A DNA stretch of 47,366 bases, from the IMG/VR virus record IMGVR_UViG_2630968533_000004; one strand, written 5' to 3'. The DNA is from a virus (lineage: Duplodnaviria; Heunggongvirae; Uroviricota; Caudoviricetes). A program made the position numbers and the translations under genes. Each line of letters opens with the position of its first letter. Position 1 is the stretch's first letter. Shown here one piece after another: positions 28,726 through 39,887 of the stretch. The notes beneath the pieces were generated by a model that was given only the letters and a program-made list of their open reading frames with translations, did no database searches and was not told the DNA's origin.

Positions 28726-29469
28726 ATGACCACACCAAATCCACTGGCAAAGACGAAAGGTGCGGGGACGACGTTCTGGATGTATACCGGCAACGGCGAT
28801 GCGTTTGCGAATCCTTTGTCGGACACTGACTGGCTGCGTCTTGCGATGGTGAAGGATCTGCAACCTGGCGAAATGACCGCTGATGCAGAAGATGACACTT
28901 ATCTCGATGATGAAGATGCAGACTGGAAAACGACAACCCAGGGGCAGAAATCCGTTGGTGATACTTCGGCGACGCTGGCCTGGCGTCCGGGTGACAGCGG
29001 GCAGAAAAAACTGGTTCAGTTGTTCGACTCCGGTGAAGTCTGCGCGTTTCGTATCAAATATCCCAACGGTACTGTTGATGTTTTCCGTGGCTGGCTGAGT
29101 TCACTGGGTAAAACCATTGCCTCAAAAGACGTGATGACCCGCACAGTGAAAATCAGCGGTGTGGGGCGTCCGTATCTGGCAGAGGAAGGCACTGAAACAG
29201 TGAGCGTTACCGGGCTGACGGTGGCACCGGCATCTGCCAGTGTAAAAGTGGGAGCAACCACCACGCTGACCTTTACAGTAAAACCTGACGGAGCCAGTGA
29301 CAAAGCGATCAGTGTGCATTCGACAGATCCACAGACTGCCACGGTGACCCTGAACGGGCTTGTGGCCACGGTGAAAGGCGTGAAGCAGGGCAGTGTCAGC
29401 ATTGTGGGCATGACCGCTGACGGGAATTTTGTGGCTGTGGCTGCGGTGACTGTCAGCGCAGCAGGTTAA
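28726..29469 (+). CDS. Major tail protein (gpV-like) with C-terminal Ig-like domain
   Basis: AAGGAGG RBS then ATG 28726; C-terminal VTGLTVAPASASVKVGATTTLTFTVKPDGASDKAISVHSTDPQTATV is Big_2-like. Confidence 0.85.
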   Translation: MTTPNPLAKTKGAGTTFWMYTGNGDAFANPLSDTDWLRLAMVKDLQPGEMTADAEDDTYLDDEDADWKTTTQGQKSVGDTSATLAWRPGDSGQKKLVQLFDSGEVCAFRIKYPNGTVDVFRGWLSSLGKTIASKDVMTRTVKISGVGRPYLAEEGTETVSVTGLTVAPASASVKVGATTTLTFTVKPDGASDKAISVHSTDPQTATVTLNGLVATVKGVKQGSVSIVGMTADGNFVAVAAVTVSAAG

Positions 29470-29489
29470 CAGGACGATACTCATCATTT

Positions 29490-29513
29490 GCCCCGGTTAT
29501 TCGGGGCTTTTTT
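29490..29513 (+). terminator. Hairpin + T-tract after major tail gene
   Basis: GCCCCGGTTATTCGGGGC followed by TTTTTT. Confidence 0.55.
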
Positions 29514-29526
29514 ACAGGTGGAGAAC

Positions 29527-29916
29527 ATGATGTTTCTGAAACAGGACACGTTTAATTATGAAAAACAGTCCGTGGTGCTCAGTGAGCTGTCCGGGCTGCA
29601 GAGAATTGAATATCTGACGTTTGTTCAGCAGCGAACGGCAAAGTTTGATGCCGGGGAGGGAGAACTGCCGGAGGCTGAACGACAGATTGCTTTTCTGCGG
29701 ATGGGGATGGATATCAATGCCTGGCTGGTTTCCCGCTCACTGTGGAATGCGGAACAGTCTCAGGATGTTGAGACGCTTTACGCATCCGTTATTACAACAT
29801 GGTCGTATGATGCCCTGGGTGCGGGGGCGGAGATGGTTCTGTCGCTGAGCGGTATGGGGGCCATTGATAATGCCGGGGATTTGGAGCATGAGGTGCTGAC
29901 GCCGGAAAAGTCCTGA
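29527..29916 (+). CDS. Tail assembly chaperone (gpG-like)
   Basis: MMFLKQDTFNYEKQSVVLSELSGLQRIEYL parallels lambda G; GGTGGAG RBS. Confidence 0.8.
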   Translation: MMFLKQDTFNYEKQSVVLSELSGLQRIEYLTFVQQRTAKFDAGEGELPEAERQIAFLRMGMDINAWLVSRSLWNAEQSQDVETLYASVITTWSYDALGAGAEMVLSLSGMGAIDNAGDLEHEVLTPEKS

Positions 29917-30242
29917 CGCGGGAAATGCAGTTTGTCATGCGGCTTGCCCGGGAGTTCCGGCGGGCAGACTGGCGGCGGATGCTGTCGGAAATGTCGGCCA
30001 CTGAGCTTGGTGAGTGGGGCGATTATTTCCGGATGCAGAGCTTCAGTGATGTGTGGATGGATGCGCAGTTTGCCTCGCTGAAGGCATTGATCGTGAGAAT
30101 GGTGTCCGGCAGCAGTGATGCTGCGGTGGCTGATTTCAGCCTTTTACCGGAAGAGAACGGGATACCGGAGCGAACGGACGAAGAACTGATGCATCTTGGG
30201 GAAGGTATTTCCGGAGGTGTGCGTTATGGACCAGATAGCTAA
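29527..30242 (+). CDS. Tail assembly chaperone G-T fusion via -1 programmed frameshift
   Basis: -1 frame (ORF 29925..30242) is open from 29892 and overlaps the last 8 codons of G; shift window CCGGAAAAG at 29901..29909. Confidence 0.55.
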
Positions 30243-33200
30243 CCTGGTCATTGATTTGGGGATTGATGCGGCAGAGTTTAAAAATGAAATTCCCCGTATC
30301 AAAAACCTTCTGAATGGTGCAGCCAGCGATGCAGAACGGTCTTCTGCCCGTATGCAGCGTTTTATGGAGCGTCAGACTCAGGCCGCCCGGCAGACAACGC
30401 AGGCGGCGTCTTCGGCTGCAACAGCCGCATCCGTCCATGCGCAGACGGTGGAGAAGAACGCACAGGCTCATGAACGCATGGCCCGCGAGGTGGAGAAAAC
30501 CCGCCAGCGTATGGAGGCACTGAGCCAGAAAATACGCGAGGAACAGGCGCAGGCCATGGCTCTGGCGGAGGCTCAGGATAAAGCGGCTGCCGCGTTTTAT
30601 CGTCAGATTGACAGTGTGAAACAGGCCAGTGCGGGGCTGCAGGAATTACAGCGTATTCAGCAGCAGATCCGACAGGCCAGAAACAGTGGCGGGATTGGTC
30701 AGCAGGATTATCTGGCGCTGATTTCTGAGGTTACGGCGAAAACCCGTGTTCTTACACAGGCTGAGGAAGAGGCTACCCGACAGAAAGTGGCGTTTATCCG
30801 TCAGCTTAAAGAGCAGGCAACCCGCCAGAATCTTTCTTCTTCTGAGTTGCTTCGTGCCAGGGCTGCCCAGCTGGGGGTAAGCAGTGCTGCAGAAGTGTAT
30901 ATCCGCAAAATGGAGCAGGCAGGAAAAGCCACGCATTCGCTGGGTCTGAAAAGTGCAGCGGCCCGTCAGGAGATAGGCGTTCTGATAGGTGAACTGGCCC
31001 GCGGAAATTTAGGTGCGCTGAGGGGATCCGGAATAACGCTGGCTAACCGTGCCGGGTGGATAGACACACTGATGTCACCGAAAGGCATGATGCTTGGCGG
31101 GGTTATTGGTGGTATTGCCGCGGCTGTCTATGGTCTGGGTAAAGCCTGGTATGACGGTCAGAAGGAGGGGGAAGAATTTAACCGCCAGCTGTCGCTGACG
31201 GGGCATTATGCCGGAGTCACTGCCGGGCAGCTGTGGACGCTCAGTCGTGCTATTTCCGGGAATGGTATCACGCAACATGCTGCAGTCGGTGCGCTGGCTC
31301 AGGTGGTGGGGAGTGGTGCATTTCGTGGAAACGATATCAGTATGGTGGCGAGAGCTGCCGCACAGATGGAGCGATCGGTTGGCCAGTCGGTCAGCGATAC
31401 CATAAGTCAGTTTAAGCGGCTGAAGGATGATCCTGTAAATGCCGCGAAGGCTCTGGACAATGAGCTGCATTTTCTTACTGCCACTCAGCTTGAGCAGATA
31501 CGCGTCCTTGGGGAACAGGGGCGGTCCAGTGATGCGGCACGGATAGCCATGTCTGCACTGGCAGAGGAAACCGGTCGACGTACTGCGGATATTGATAATA
31601 ACCTCAATGCGCTGGGCAGTACGCTGAAGTATCTGTCTGATTTATGGAGTCGTTTCTGGGATGCGGCCATGAATATTGGTCGTGAAGATTCGCTGGATGC
31701 GCAGATTGCCACTTTGCAGGAGAAAGTGTCGCGGGCGAAAAGACTCCCCTGGACGGCATCATCTTCTCAGGTTGAATACGATCAGCAGCGTCTTAACGAT
31801 CTTCAGGAGAAAAAACGCCAGAAGGATTTGCAGGATGCAAAAGAGCAGGCAGAGCGGAATTATCAGGAGCAACAGAAACGCCGTAATGCTGAAAATGCTG
31901 CACTGAATCGGATGAATGAAACGGAAGCTGCACGACATCAGCGTGAAATTGCGCGTATTAATGCCATGCAGTACGCCGATCAGGCTGTCAGGGATGCGGC
32001 GATACAACGTGAAAATGAACGTTACGAGAAAGCCCTGGCATCCGGTAAGAAAAAAACACGCGAAACCCGTAATGATGAGGCCACCCGGTTATTGCTGCAG
32101 TACAGCCAGCAACAGGCACAGGTGGAAGGACAGATTGCTGCTGCAAGACAGTCAGCAGGCATTGCCACTGACAGGATGACAGAAGCGCATAAACAGCTTC
32201 TGGCTCTGCAGCAGCGCATCAGCGATCTGGACGGGAAAAAACTGACGGCAGATGAAAAGAGTGTGCTGGCCCGTAAAGATGAACTGATTCAGGCACTGAC
32301 GCTGCTGGATGTAAAACAGCAGGAGCTTCAGAAACAGACGGCACTCAACGATCTGAAGAAAAAAACAATTCAGCTGACCAGTCAACTGGCTGAAGAAGAG
32401 CGCGCTCAGCGTCAGCAACATGACCAGGATATCGCCACGGTGGGTATGGGTGATCAGCAGCGGCAGCGATATCAGGTACAACTGAGTCTTCGCCAGAAAT
32501 ACCAGCAACAGCTGGAGCAGTTGAGGCGGGATAGTGAGCAGAAAGGGACATATAACACGGATGACTACAGAAAGGCCGAGCAGGCGCTGACGGAGAGCCT
32601 GAACCGACAACTGAATGAGAATCGCCGTTACTGGCAACAGCTTGAAATTGCTCAGGGTAACTGGAAAAACGGAGTCCTGCGTGCATTTCAGGATTTTACC
32701 GTGGATGCAGATAATACGGCAGGAACAGCAGAACAGGTGTTCTCGTCAGCCTTCAGCAACATGGGAAATGGCCTGGCAACTTTTGTCACTACCGGCAAAC
32801 TCAATTTCAAATCCTTCACCTCTTCTGTGCTGTCAGATATGGCGAAAATCCTGGCGCAGGCAACCATGATGAAATCGATAAAAGGGATTGGCAGTGTACT
32901 GGGATTTGATCTCAGCAGCCTTTCCCTGAATGCCAATGGGGGGATTTATCAGTCTGCTGATTTGAGTCGTTACAGTGGCACGGTGGTTAACCGTCCGACG
33001 TTTTTTGCTTTTGCAAAAGGCGCGGGTGTGATGGGGGAAGCTGGACCTGAAGCCATTCTGCCACTGCGTCGTGGTGCTGACGGTAAGCTGGGGGTTGTGG
33101 CGGATATTGGTGGTTCAGGTATGGCGATGTTTGCCCCGCAGTACAACATCGAGATCAATAACGATGGCACGAACGGGCAGATAGGTCCGGCTGCCCTGAA

Positions 33201-33291
33201 GGTGGTTTATGACCTTGGGAAAAAAGCGGCAGCGGACTTTATGCAACAGCAGGCCCGTGATGGTGGTCGGTTAAGTGGAGCATATCGGTAA
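30226..33291 (+). CDS. Tape measure protein (gpH-like)
   Basis: 1021 aa, Ala/Gln-rich coiled-coil repeats, Gly-rich hydrophobic segment; GGAGGTG RBS. Confidence 0.9.
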   Translation: MDQIANLVIDLGIDAAEFKNEIPRIKNLLNGAASDAERSSARMQRFMERQTQAARQTTQAASSAATAASVHAQTVEKNAQAHERMAREVEKTRQRMEALSQKIREEQAQAMALAEAQDKAAAAFYRQIDSVKQASAGLQELQRIQQQIRQARNSGGIGQQDYLALISEVTAKTRVLTQAEEEATRQKVAFIRQLKEQATRQNLSSSELLRARAAQLGVSSAAEVYIRKMEQAGKATHSLGLKSAAARQEIGVLIGELARGNLGALRGSGITLANRAGWIDTLMSPKGMMLGGVIGGIAAAVYGLGKAWYDGQKEGEEFNRQLSLTGHYAGVTAGQLWTLSRAISGNGITQHAAVGALAQVVGSGAFRGNDISMVARAAAQMERSVGQSVSDTISQFKRLKDDPVNAAKALDNELHFLTATQLEQIRVLGEQGRSSDAARIAMSALAEETGRRTADIDNNLNALGSTLKYLSDLWSRFWDAAMNIGREDSLDAQIATLQEKVSRAKRLPWTASSSQVEYDQQRLNDLQEKKRQKDLQDAKEQAERNYQEQQKRRNAENAALNRMNETEAARHQREIARINAMQYADQAVRDAAIQRENERYEKALASGKKKTRETRNDEATRLLLQYSQQQAQVEGQIAAARQSAGIATDRMTEAHKQLLALQQRISDLDGKKLTADEKSVLARKDELIQALTLLDVKQQELQKQTALNDLKKKTIQLTSQLAEEERAQRQQHDQDIATVGMGDQQRQRYQVQLSLRQKYQQQLEQLRRDSEQKGTYNTDDYRKAEQALTESLNRQLNENRRYWQQLEIAQGNWKNGVLRAFQDFTVDADNTAGTAEQVFSSAFSNMGNGLATFVTTGKLNFKSFTSSVLSDMAKILAQATMMKSIKGIGSVLGFDLSSLSLNANGGIYQSADLSRYSGTVVNRPTFFAFAKGAGVMGEAGPEAILPLRRGADGKLGVVADIGGSGMAMFAPQYNIEINNDGTNGQIGPAALKVVYDLGKKAAADFMQQQARDGGRLSGAYR

Positions 33292-33620
33292 TGGAGACGT
33301 TTCACTGGAAAGTGCGCCCGGATATGAATGTGGTATCAGAGCCGAAAGTGGTGACAGTGAAGCTGGGCGATGGTTATGAACAGCGTCGTGCGGCGGGACT
33401 GAATAACCAGTTGTCGACTTACAGCGTGACGATACGTGTTCGTAAATGTGAACACCCATCTTTGAAAGCCTTTCTGGAACGGCACGGTGGCGTCCGCGCA
33501 TTTCAGTGGACGCCACCTTATGACTGGAAGCCGATCAGGGTGGTTTGTCGTAAATGGTCGGCAAGCGTGGGGGCGCTGTGGGTAACCATAACGGCAGATT
33601 TTGAACAGGTCGTGGCATAG
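33291..33620 (+). CDS. Minor tail protein (gpM-like)
   Basis: 109 aa; start overlaps tape-measure stop (TAATG). Confidence 0.85.
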   Translation: METFHWKVRPDMNVVSEPKVVTVKLGDGYEQRRAAGLNNQLSTYSVTIRVRKCEHPSLKAFLERHGGVRAFQWTPPYDWKPIRVVCRKWSASVGALWVTITADFEQVVA

Positions 33621-33629
33621 GAGGCCCTG

Positions 33630-34328
33630 ATGCAGGATATTCCACAGGAAACACATCATGAGACGACACGCCTCACTCAGTCAGCCCAGGTGGTGCTCTG
33701 GGAAATCGATCTGACAGAGGTCGGTGGTGAACGTTATTTTTTCTGTAATGAGCAGAACGAAAAAGGTGAGCCGGTCACCTGGCAGGGGCGGCAGTATCAG
33801 GCATACCCCATTCAGGGGACGGGATTTGAACTGAACGGTAAGGGCAGTGCTGCCCGTCCGACACTGACGGTCTCTAACCTGCACGGCATGGTCACCGGGA
33901 TGGCGGAAGACCTGCAGAGTCTGGTCGGCGGAACGGTGGTCAGGCGTAAGGTTTACGCCCGTTTTCTGGATGCGGTGAACTTCGTCAACGGAAACAGCGA
34001 CGCCGATCCGGAGCAGGAGGTGATCAGCCGCTGGCGCATCGAGCAGTGCAGCGAACTGAGTGCGGTGAGTGCCTCCTTTGTACTGTCCACACCGACGGAA
34101 ACGGATGGTGCCGTTTTTCCGGGGCGCATCATGCTGGCTAATACCTGCACCTGGACCTATCGCGGTGATGAGTGCGGTTATCACGGTCCGGCTGTCGCGG
34201 ATGAATATGATCAGCCGACGTCCGATATCACGAAGGATAAATGCAGCAAATGCCTGAATGGCTGTAAGTTTCGCAATAACGTCGGCAACTTTGGCGGCTT
34301 CCTTTCCATTAACAAACTTTCGCAGTAA
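33630..34328 (+). CDS. Minor tail protein (gpL-like)
   Basis: 232 aa with C-terminal Cys cluster CTWTYRGDECGYHG...CSKCLNGCKF as in lambda L. Confidence 0.85.
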   Translation: MQDIPQETHHETTRLTQSAQVVLWEIDLTEVGGERYFFCNEQNEKGEPVTWQGRQYQAYPIQGTGFELNGKGSAARPTLTVSNLHGMVTGMAEDLQSLVGGTVVRRKVYARFLDAVNFVNGNSDADPEQEVISRWRIEQCSELSAVSASFVLSTPTETDGAVFPGRIMLANTCTWTYRGDECGYHGPAVADEYDQPTSDITKDKCSKCLNGCKFRNNVGNFGGFLSINKLSQ

Positions 34329-34333
34329 ATCCC

Positions 34334-35077
34334 ATGACAGAGACAGAATCAGCGATTCTGGCGCACGCCCGGCGATGTGCGCCAGCGGAGTCGTGCGGCT
34401 TCGTGGTGAGAACGCCGGAAGGGGAAAGATATTTTCCCTGCGTGAATATCTCCGGTGAGCCGGAGGCGTATTTCCGGATGTCGCCGGAGGACTGGCTGCA
34501 GGCAGAGATGCAGGGTGAGATTGTGGCACTGGTCCACAGTCATCCCGGTGGTCTGCCCTGGCTGAGTGAGGCTGACCGGCGGCTGCAGGTGCAGAGTGAT
34601 TTGCCGTGGTGGCTGGTCTGCCGGGGGGCGATTCACAAGTTCCGCTGTGTGCCGTATCTCACCGGGCGGCGCTTTGAGCACGGGGTGACGGACTGTTACA
34701 CGCTGTTCCGGGATGCTTACCATCTGGCGGGGATTGAGATGCCGGATTTTCATCGCGAGGATGACTGGTGGCGTCACGGTCAGAATCTCTATCTGGATAA
34801 TCTGGAGGCCACAGGGCTGTATCAGGTGCCGTTGTCAGCGGCGCAGCCGGGCGATGTGCTGCTGTGCTGTTTTGGTTCATCGGTGCCGAATCATGCCGCC
34901 ATTTACTGTGGTGACGGCGAGCTGCTGCACCATATTCCTGAACAACTGAGCAAACGAGAGAGGTATACCGACAAATGGCAGCGACGCACACACTCCCTCT
35001 GGCGTCACCGGGCATGGCACGCATCTGCCTTTACGGGGATTTACAACGATTTGGCCGCCGCATCGACCTTCGTGTGA
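34334..35077 (+). CDS. Tail tip assembly protein (gpK-like; JAB/MPN + NlpC/P60 domains)
   Basis: JAMM motif E...VHSHPGG...SEAD and NlpC/P60-like Cys-His region (DCYTLF...HAAIY). Confidence 0.85.
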   Translation: MTETESAILAHARRCAPAESCGFVVRTPEGERYFPCVNISGEPEAYFRMSPEDWLQAEMQGEIVALVHSHPGGLPWLSEADRRLQVQSDLPWWLVCRGAIHKFRCVPYLTGRRFEHGVTDCYTLFRDAYHLAGIEMPDFHREDDWWRHGQNLYLDNLEATGLYQVPLSAAQPGDVLLCCFGSSVPNHAAIYCGDGELLHHIPEQLSKRERYTDKWQRRTHSLWRHRAWHASAFTGIYNDLAAASTFV

Positions 35078-35622
35078 AAACGGGGGCTGAAGCCATCCGG
35101 GCGCTGGCCACACAGCTTCCGTCGTTTCGCCAGAAACTGAATGAGGGCTGGTATCAGGTGCGCATTTCCGGGCGTGATGCAGGCGAAAATGAATTATCTG
35201 CCCGTCTTAATGAACCGCTGGCAAATGGTGCCGTGATCCACGTCGTTCCGCGTCTGGCGGGTGCCAAAAGTGGCGGTGTGTTTCAGGCGGTGCTGGGTGC
35301 GGCGCTGATTGCGGTGGCATGGTGGAACCCTGTTGGCTGGCTGGGGGCCGCGGCTGTATCGGGTCTGTATGCAGCAGGGGCCAGTATGATCCTGGGTGGT
35401 GTGGCGCAGATGCTGGCACCGAAAGCCAGGACGCCCACGGCAGCCAGTACAGATAACGGCAAACAGAACACCTATTTCTCGTCACTGGATAACATGGTTG
35501 CCCAGGGCAATGTTCTGCCGGTTCTGTACGGTGAAATGCGCGTGGGGTCACGCGTGGTTTCTCAGGAGATCAGCACGGCAGACGAAGGGGATGGTGGTCA
35601 GGTTGTGGTGATTGGTCGCTGA
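34975..35622 (+). CDS. Tail tip assembly protein (gpI-like)
   Basis: MAATHTLPLASPGMARICLYGDLQRFGRR... essentially the recalled lambda I N-terminus; overlaps 3' end of K ORF. Confidence 0.8.
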   Translation: MAATHTLPLASPGMARICLYGDLQRFGRRIDLRVKTGAEAIRALATQLPSFRQKLNEGWYQVRISGRDAGENELSARLNEPLANGAVIHVVPRLAGAKSGGVFQAVLGAALIAVAWWNPVGWLGAAAVSGLYAAGASMILGGVAQMLAPKARTPTAASTDNGKQNTYFSSLDNMVAQGNVLPVLYGEMRVGSRVVSQEISTADEGDGGQVVVIGR

Positions 35623-35682
35623 TGCAAAATGTTTTATGTGAAACCGCCTCCGGGCGGTTTTATCGTTTATGGAGCATGACGA

Positions 35683-38600
35683 ATGGGTAAAGGCAGCAGT
35701 AAGGGGCATACCCCGCGCGAAGCGAAGGACAACCTGAAGTCCACGCAGCTGCTGAGTGTGATCGATGCCATCAGCGAAGGGCCGGTTGAAGGTCCGGTGG
35801 ATAGATTAAAAAGCGTGCTGCTGAACAGTACGCCGGTGCTGGACAGTGAGGGGAATACCAATATATCCGGCGTCACGGTGGTGTTCCGTGCCGGTGAGCA
35901 GGAGCAGACACCGCCGGAGGGGTTTGAATCCTCCGGCTCCGAGACGGTGCTCGGTACAGAAGTGAAATATGACACTCCGATCACCCGGACCATCACGTCG
36001 GCAAACATTGACCGTCTGCGTTTTACTTTCGGCGTGCAGGCACTGGTGGAAACCACCTCAAAGGGGGACAGGAATCCATCGGAAGTCCGCCTGCTGGTTC
36101 AGATACAACGTAACGGTGGCTGGGTGACGGAAAAAGACATCACCATTAAGGGTAAAACCACTTCACAGTATCTGGCCTCGGTGGTGGTGGATAACCTGCC
36201 GCCGCGCCCGTTTAATATCCGGATGCGCAGGATGACGCCGGACAGCACCACAGACCAGCTGCAGAACAAAACGCTCTGGTCGTCATACACCGAAATTATC
36301 GATGTGAAACAGTGCTACCCGAACACGGCACTGGTCGGCGTGCAGGTGGATTCGGAGCAGTTCGGCAGCCAGCAGGTGAGCCGTAATTATCATCTTCGCG
36401 GGCGCATTCTGCAGGTGCCGTCGAACTATAACCCGCAGACGCGGCAATACAGCGGTATCTGGGACGGAACGTTTAAACCGGCATACAGCAACAACATGGC
36501 CTGGTGTCTGTGGGATATGCTGACCCATCCGCGCTACGGCATGGGGAAACGTCTTGGTGCGGCGGATGTGGATAAATGGGCGCTGTATGTCATCGGCCAG
36601 AATTGCGACCAGTCGGTGCCGGATGGCTTTGGTGGCACGGAGCCGCGCATCACCTGTAATGCCTGGCTGACCACACAGCGTAAGGCGTGGGATGTTCTCA
36701 GTGATTTCTGCTCGGCGATGCGCTGTATGCCGGTATGGAACGGGCAGACGCTGACGTTCGTGCAGGACCGACCGTCGGATAAGGTGTGGACCTATAACCG
36801 CAGTAATGTGGTGATGCCGGATGATGGCGCGCCGTTCCGCTACAGCTTCAGCGCCCTGAAAGACCGCCATAATGCCGTTGAGGTGAACTGGATTGACCCG
36901 GATAACGGCTGGGAGACGGCAACAGAGCTTGTGGAGGACACGCAGGCCATTGCCCGTTACGGTCGTAACGTCACGAAGATGGATGCTTTTGGCTGTACCA
37001 GCCGGGGGCAGGCACACCGCGCCGGGCTGTGGCTGATTAAAACAGAACTGCTGGAAACGCAGACCGTGGACTTCAGCGTGGGTGCCGAAGGGCTTCGCCA
37101 TGTGCCGGGTGATGTTATTGAAATCTGCGATGATGACTATGCGGGGATCAGCATCGGCGGGCGCGTGCTGGCTGTGAACAGCCAGACCCGGACGCTGACG
37201 CTCGACCGTGAAATCACGCTGCCATCCTCCGGTACCACGCTGATAAGCCTTGTTGACGGTCAGGGTAATCCGGTCAGCGTGGAGGTCCAGTCCGTCACCG
37301 ACGGCGTGAAGGTGAAAGTGAGCCGTGTTCCTGACGGCGTTGCTGAATACAGCGTGTGGGGGCTGAAGCTGCCGACGCTGCGCCAGCGCCTGTTCCGCTG
37401 CGTGAGTATCCGTGAGAACGACGACGGCACGTATGCCATCACCGCCGTGCAGCATGTACCGGAAAAAGAGGCCATCGTGGATAACGGGGCGCACTTTGAC
37501 GGCGACCAGAGCGGCACGGTGAATGGTGTCACGCCGCCAGCGGTGCAGCACCTGACCGCCGAAGTCACCGCAGACAGCGGGGAATATCAGGTGCTGGCGC
37601 GCTGGGACACGCCGAAGGTGGTGAAGGGCGTGAGTTTCCTGCTTCGCCTGACCGTGGCAGCGGATGACGGCAGTGAGCTGCTGGTCAGCACGGCCCGGAC
37701 GGCGGAAACCACATACCGCTTCAGGCAACTGGCGCTGGGGAACTACAGGCTGACAGTCCGGGCGGTAAATGCGTGGGGGCAGCAGGGCGATCCGGCGTCG
37801 GTATCGTTCCGGATTGCCGCACCGGCAGCACCGTCGAGGATTAAGCTGACGCCGGGCTATTTTCAGATAACCGCCACGCCGCATCTTGCGGTTTATGATC
37901 CGACGGTACAGTTTGAGTTCTGGTTCTCGGAAAAGCGGATTGCGGATATCAGGCAGGTTGAAACCACAGCCCGCTATCTTGGCACGGCGCTGTACTGGAT
38001 AGCTGCCAGTATCAATATCAAGCCGGGCCATGATTATTATTTTTACATCCGCAGTGTGAACACCGTTGGCAAATCGGCATTCGTGGAGGCTGTTGGCCAG
38101 CCGAGTGATGATGCATCCGGCTATCTGGATTTTTTCAAAGGAGAGATAGGGAAAACCCATCTGGCTCAGGAGTTGTGGACGCAGATTGATAACGGTCAGC
38201 TTGCGCCTGACCTGGCGGAAATCAGAACGTCCATCACGGATGTCAGTAATGAAATCACGCAGACCGTCAATAAGAAACTGGAAGACCAGAGTGCAGCGAT
38301 CCAGCAGATACAGAAGGTTCAGGTTGATACAAATAATAACCTGAACAGCATGTGGGCTGTGAAGCTGCAGCAGATGCAGGACGGACGCCTTTATATCGCG
38401 GGTATTGGTGCCGGTATTGAAAACACCCCTGACGGCATGCAGAGTCAGGTGCTGCTGGCGGCAGACAGGATTGCGATGATTAATCCTGCGAATGGCAACA
38501 CAAAGCCGATGTTTGTTGGTCAGGGCGATCAGATATTTATGAATGAAGTGTTCCTGAAATATCTGACGGCTCCCACCATTACCAGCGGCGGTAATCCTCC

Positions 38601-39162
38601 GGCATTTTCCCTGACACCGGACGGGCGGCTGACGGCGAAAAATGCCGATATCAGCGGTAACGTGAATGCGAACTCCGGGACGCTCAACAACGTCACGATT
38701 AACGAGAACTGCCGGGTTCTGGGAAAACTGTCCGCGAACCAGATTGAAGGCGATCTCGTTAAAACAGTGGGCAAAGCTTTCCCCCGGGACTCCCGTGCAC
38801 CGGAACGGTGGCCATCAGGGACCATTACCGTCAGGATTTATGACGATCAGCCGTTTGACCGGCAGATTGTTATTCCGGCGGTGGCATTCAGCGGCGCTAA
38901 ACATGAGAGAGAGCATACTGATATTTACTCCTCATGCCGTCTGATAGTGCGGAAAAACGGTGCTGAAATTTATAACCGTACCGCGCTGGATAATACGCTG
39001 ATTTACAGTGGCGTTATTGATATGCCTGCCGGTCACGGTCACATGACGCTGGAGTTTTCGGTGTCAGCATGGCTGGTAAATGACTGGTATCCCACAGCAA
39101 GTATCAGCGATTTGCTGGTTGTGGTGATGAAGAAAGCCACCGCAGGCATCAGTATCAGCTGA
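35683..39162 (+). CDS. Host specificity / central tail fibre protein (gpJ-like)
   Basis: 1159 aa, collinear with lambda J by size and position. Confidence 0.9.
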   Translation: MGKGSSKGHTPREAKDNLKSTQLLSVIDAISEGPVEGPVDRLKSVLLNSTPVLDSEGNTNISGVTVVFRAGEQEQTPPEGFESSGSETVLGTEVKYDTPITRTITSANIDRLRFTFGVQALVETTSKGDRNPSEVRLLVQIQRNGGWVTEKDITIKGKTTSQYLASVVVDNLPPRPFNIRMRRMTPDSTTDQLQNKTLWSSYTEIIDVKQCYPNTALVGVQVDSEQFGSQQVSRNYHLRGRILQVPSNYNPQTRQYSGIWDGTFKPAYSNNMAWCLWDMLTHPRYGMGKRLGAADVDKWALYVIGQNCDQSVPDGFGGTEPRITCNAWLTTQRKAWDVLSDFCSAMRCMPVWNGQTLTFVQDRPSDKVWTYNRSNVVMPDDGAPFRYSFSALKDRHNAVEVNWIDPDNGWETATELVEDTQAIARYGRNVTKMDAFGCTSRGQAHRAGLWLIKTELLETQTVDFSVGAEGLRHVPGDVIEICDDDYAGISIGGRVLAVNSQTRTLTLDREITLPSSGTTLISLVDGQGNPVSVEVQSVTDGVKVKVSRVPDGVAEYSVWGLKLPTLRQRLFRCVSIRENDDGTYAITAVQHVPEKEAIVDNGAHFDGDQSGTVNGVTPPAVQHLTAEVTADSGEYQVLARWDTPKVVKGVSFLLRLTVAADDGSELLVSTARTAETTYRFRQLALGNYRLTVRAVNAWGQQGDPASVSFRIAAPAAPSRIKLTPGYFQITATPHLAVYDPTVQFEFWFSEKRIADIRQVETTARYLGTALYWIAASINIKPGHDYYFYIRSVNTVGKSAFVEAVGQPSDDASGYLDFFKGEIGKTHLAQELWTQIDNGQLAPDLAEIRTSITDVSNEITQTVNKKLEDQSAAIQQIQKVQVDTNNNLNSMWAVKLQQMQDGRLYIAGIGAGIENTPDGMQSQVLLAADRIAMINPANGNTKPMFVGQGDQIFMNEVFLKYLTAPTITSGGNPPAFSLTPDGRLTAKNADISGNVNANSGTLNNVTINENCRVLGKLSANQIEGDLVKTVGKAFPRDSRAPERWPSGTITVRIYDDQPFDRQIVIPAVAFSGAKHEREHTDIYSSCRLIVRKNGAEIYNRTALDNTLIYSGVIDMPAGHGHMTLEFSVSAWLVNDWYPTASISDLLVVVMKKATAGISIS

Positions 39163-39181
39163 ATTTTATAACCCCAATACG

Positions 39182-39205
39182 GGCGTCAGAAATGACGCCT
39201 TTTTT
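39182..39205 (+). terminator. Rho-independent terminator after J
   Basis: GGCGTCAGAAATGACGCC hairpin then TTTTTT. Confidence 0.6.
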
Positions 39206-39229
39206 ATTGCAGAAAAGCGAGAGGTAATT

Positions 39230-39829
39230 ATGCGTAAATTATGTGCTGTTATTCTGTCCGCAGTAGTCTGGCTGGTTGCCGCTGGTACGCCAGCGAGCGC
39301 AGCAGAGCATCAGTCCACACTAAGCGCCGGGTATCTTCAGACCCATACTGATATGCCAGGCAGTGATGACCTGAAGGGCATTAACGTGAAATACCGTTAT
39401 GAATTTACGGACACGCTGGGGCTGGTGACGTCATTCAGTTATGCCAATGCCAAAGATGAGCAAAAAACGCATTACAGCGATACCCGCTGGCATGAAGATT
39501 CCGTGCGTAACCGCTGGTTCAGCATGATGGCGGGGCCATCTGTACGCGTGAATGAATGGTTCAGTGCTTATGCGATGGCGGGTATGGCTTACAGCCGTGT
39601 GTCGACCTTCTCCGGGGATTATCTCCGCGTAACTGACAACAAGGGGAAAACGCATGATGTGCTGACCGGAAGTGATGACGGTCGCCACAGCAACACGTCT
39701 CTGGCGTGGGGGGCTGGCGTGCAGTTTAACCCGACCGAATCCGTGGCCATTGACCTTGCTTATGAAGGTTCCGGCAGTGGTGACTGGCGCACTGACGGTT
39801 TCATCGTGGGTGTCGGTTATAAATTCTGA
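39230..39829 (+). CDS. lom: Lom-like outer membrane protein (Ail/Lom family)
   Basis: Signal peptide; beta-barrel pattern; C-terminus IDLAYEGSGSGDWRTDGFIVGVGYKF matches recalled lambda Lom. Confidence 0.85.
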   Translation: MRKLCAVILSAVVWLVAAGTPASAAEHQSTLSAGYLQTHTDMPGSDDLKGINVKYRYEFTDTLGLVTSFSYANAKDEQKTHYSDTRWHEDSVRNRWFSMMAGPSVRVNEWFSAYAMAGMAYSRVSTFSGDYLRVTDNKGKTHDVLTGSDDGRHSNTSLAWGAGVQFNPTESVAIDLAYEGSGSGDWRTDGFIVGVGYKF

Positions 39830-39855
39830 TTAGCCAGGTAACACAGTGTTATGAC

Positions 39856-39882
39856 AGCCCGCCGGTTCAGGCGGGCTTTTTT
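39856..39882 (+). terminator. Rho-independent terminator after lom
   Basis: AGCCCGCCGGTTCAGGCGGGCT hairpin then TTTTTT. Confidence 0.6.
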
Positions 39883-39887
39883 GTGGA

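Noticed and set aside
29488-29526. Upstream extension of the gpG ORF (start at 29488)
   Set aside because: The first 13 codons overlap the terminator hairpin after V; the ATG pair at 29527/29530 has a proper RBS and matches the lambda G N-terminus
36283-38160. 625-aa minus-strand ORF antisense to the J gene
   Set aside because: Lies entirely inside the gpJ-like gene; Arg/His/Pro-rich composition is typical of antisense frames in GC-rich coding DNA; no start context
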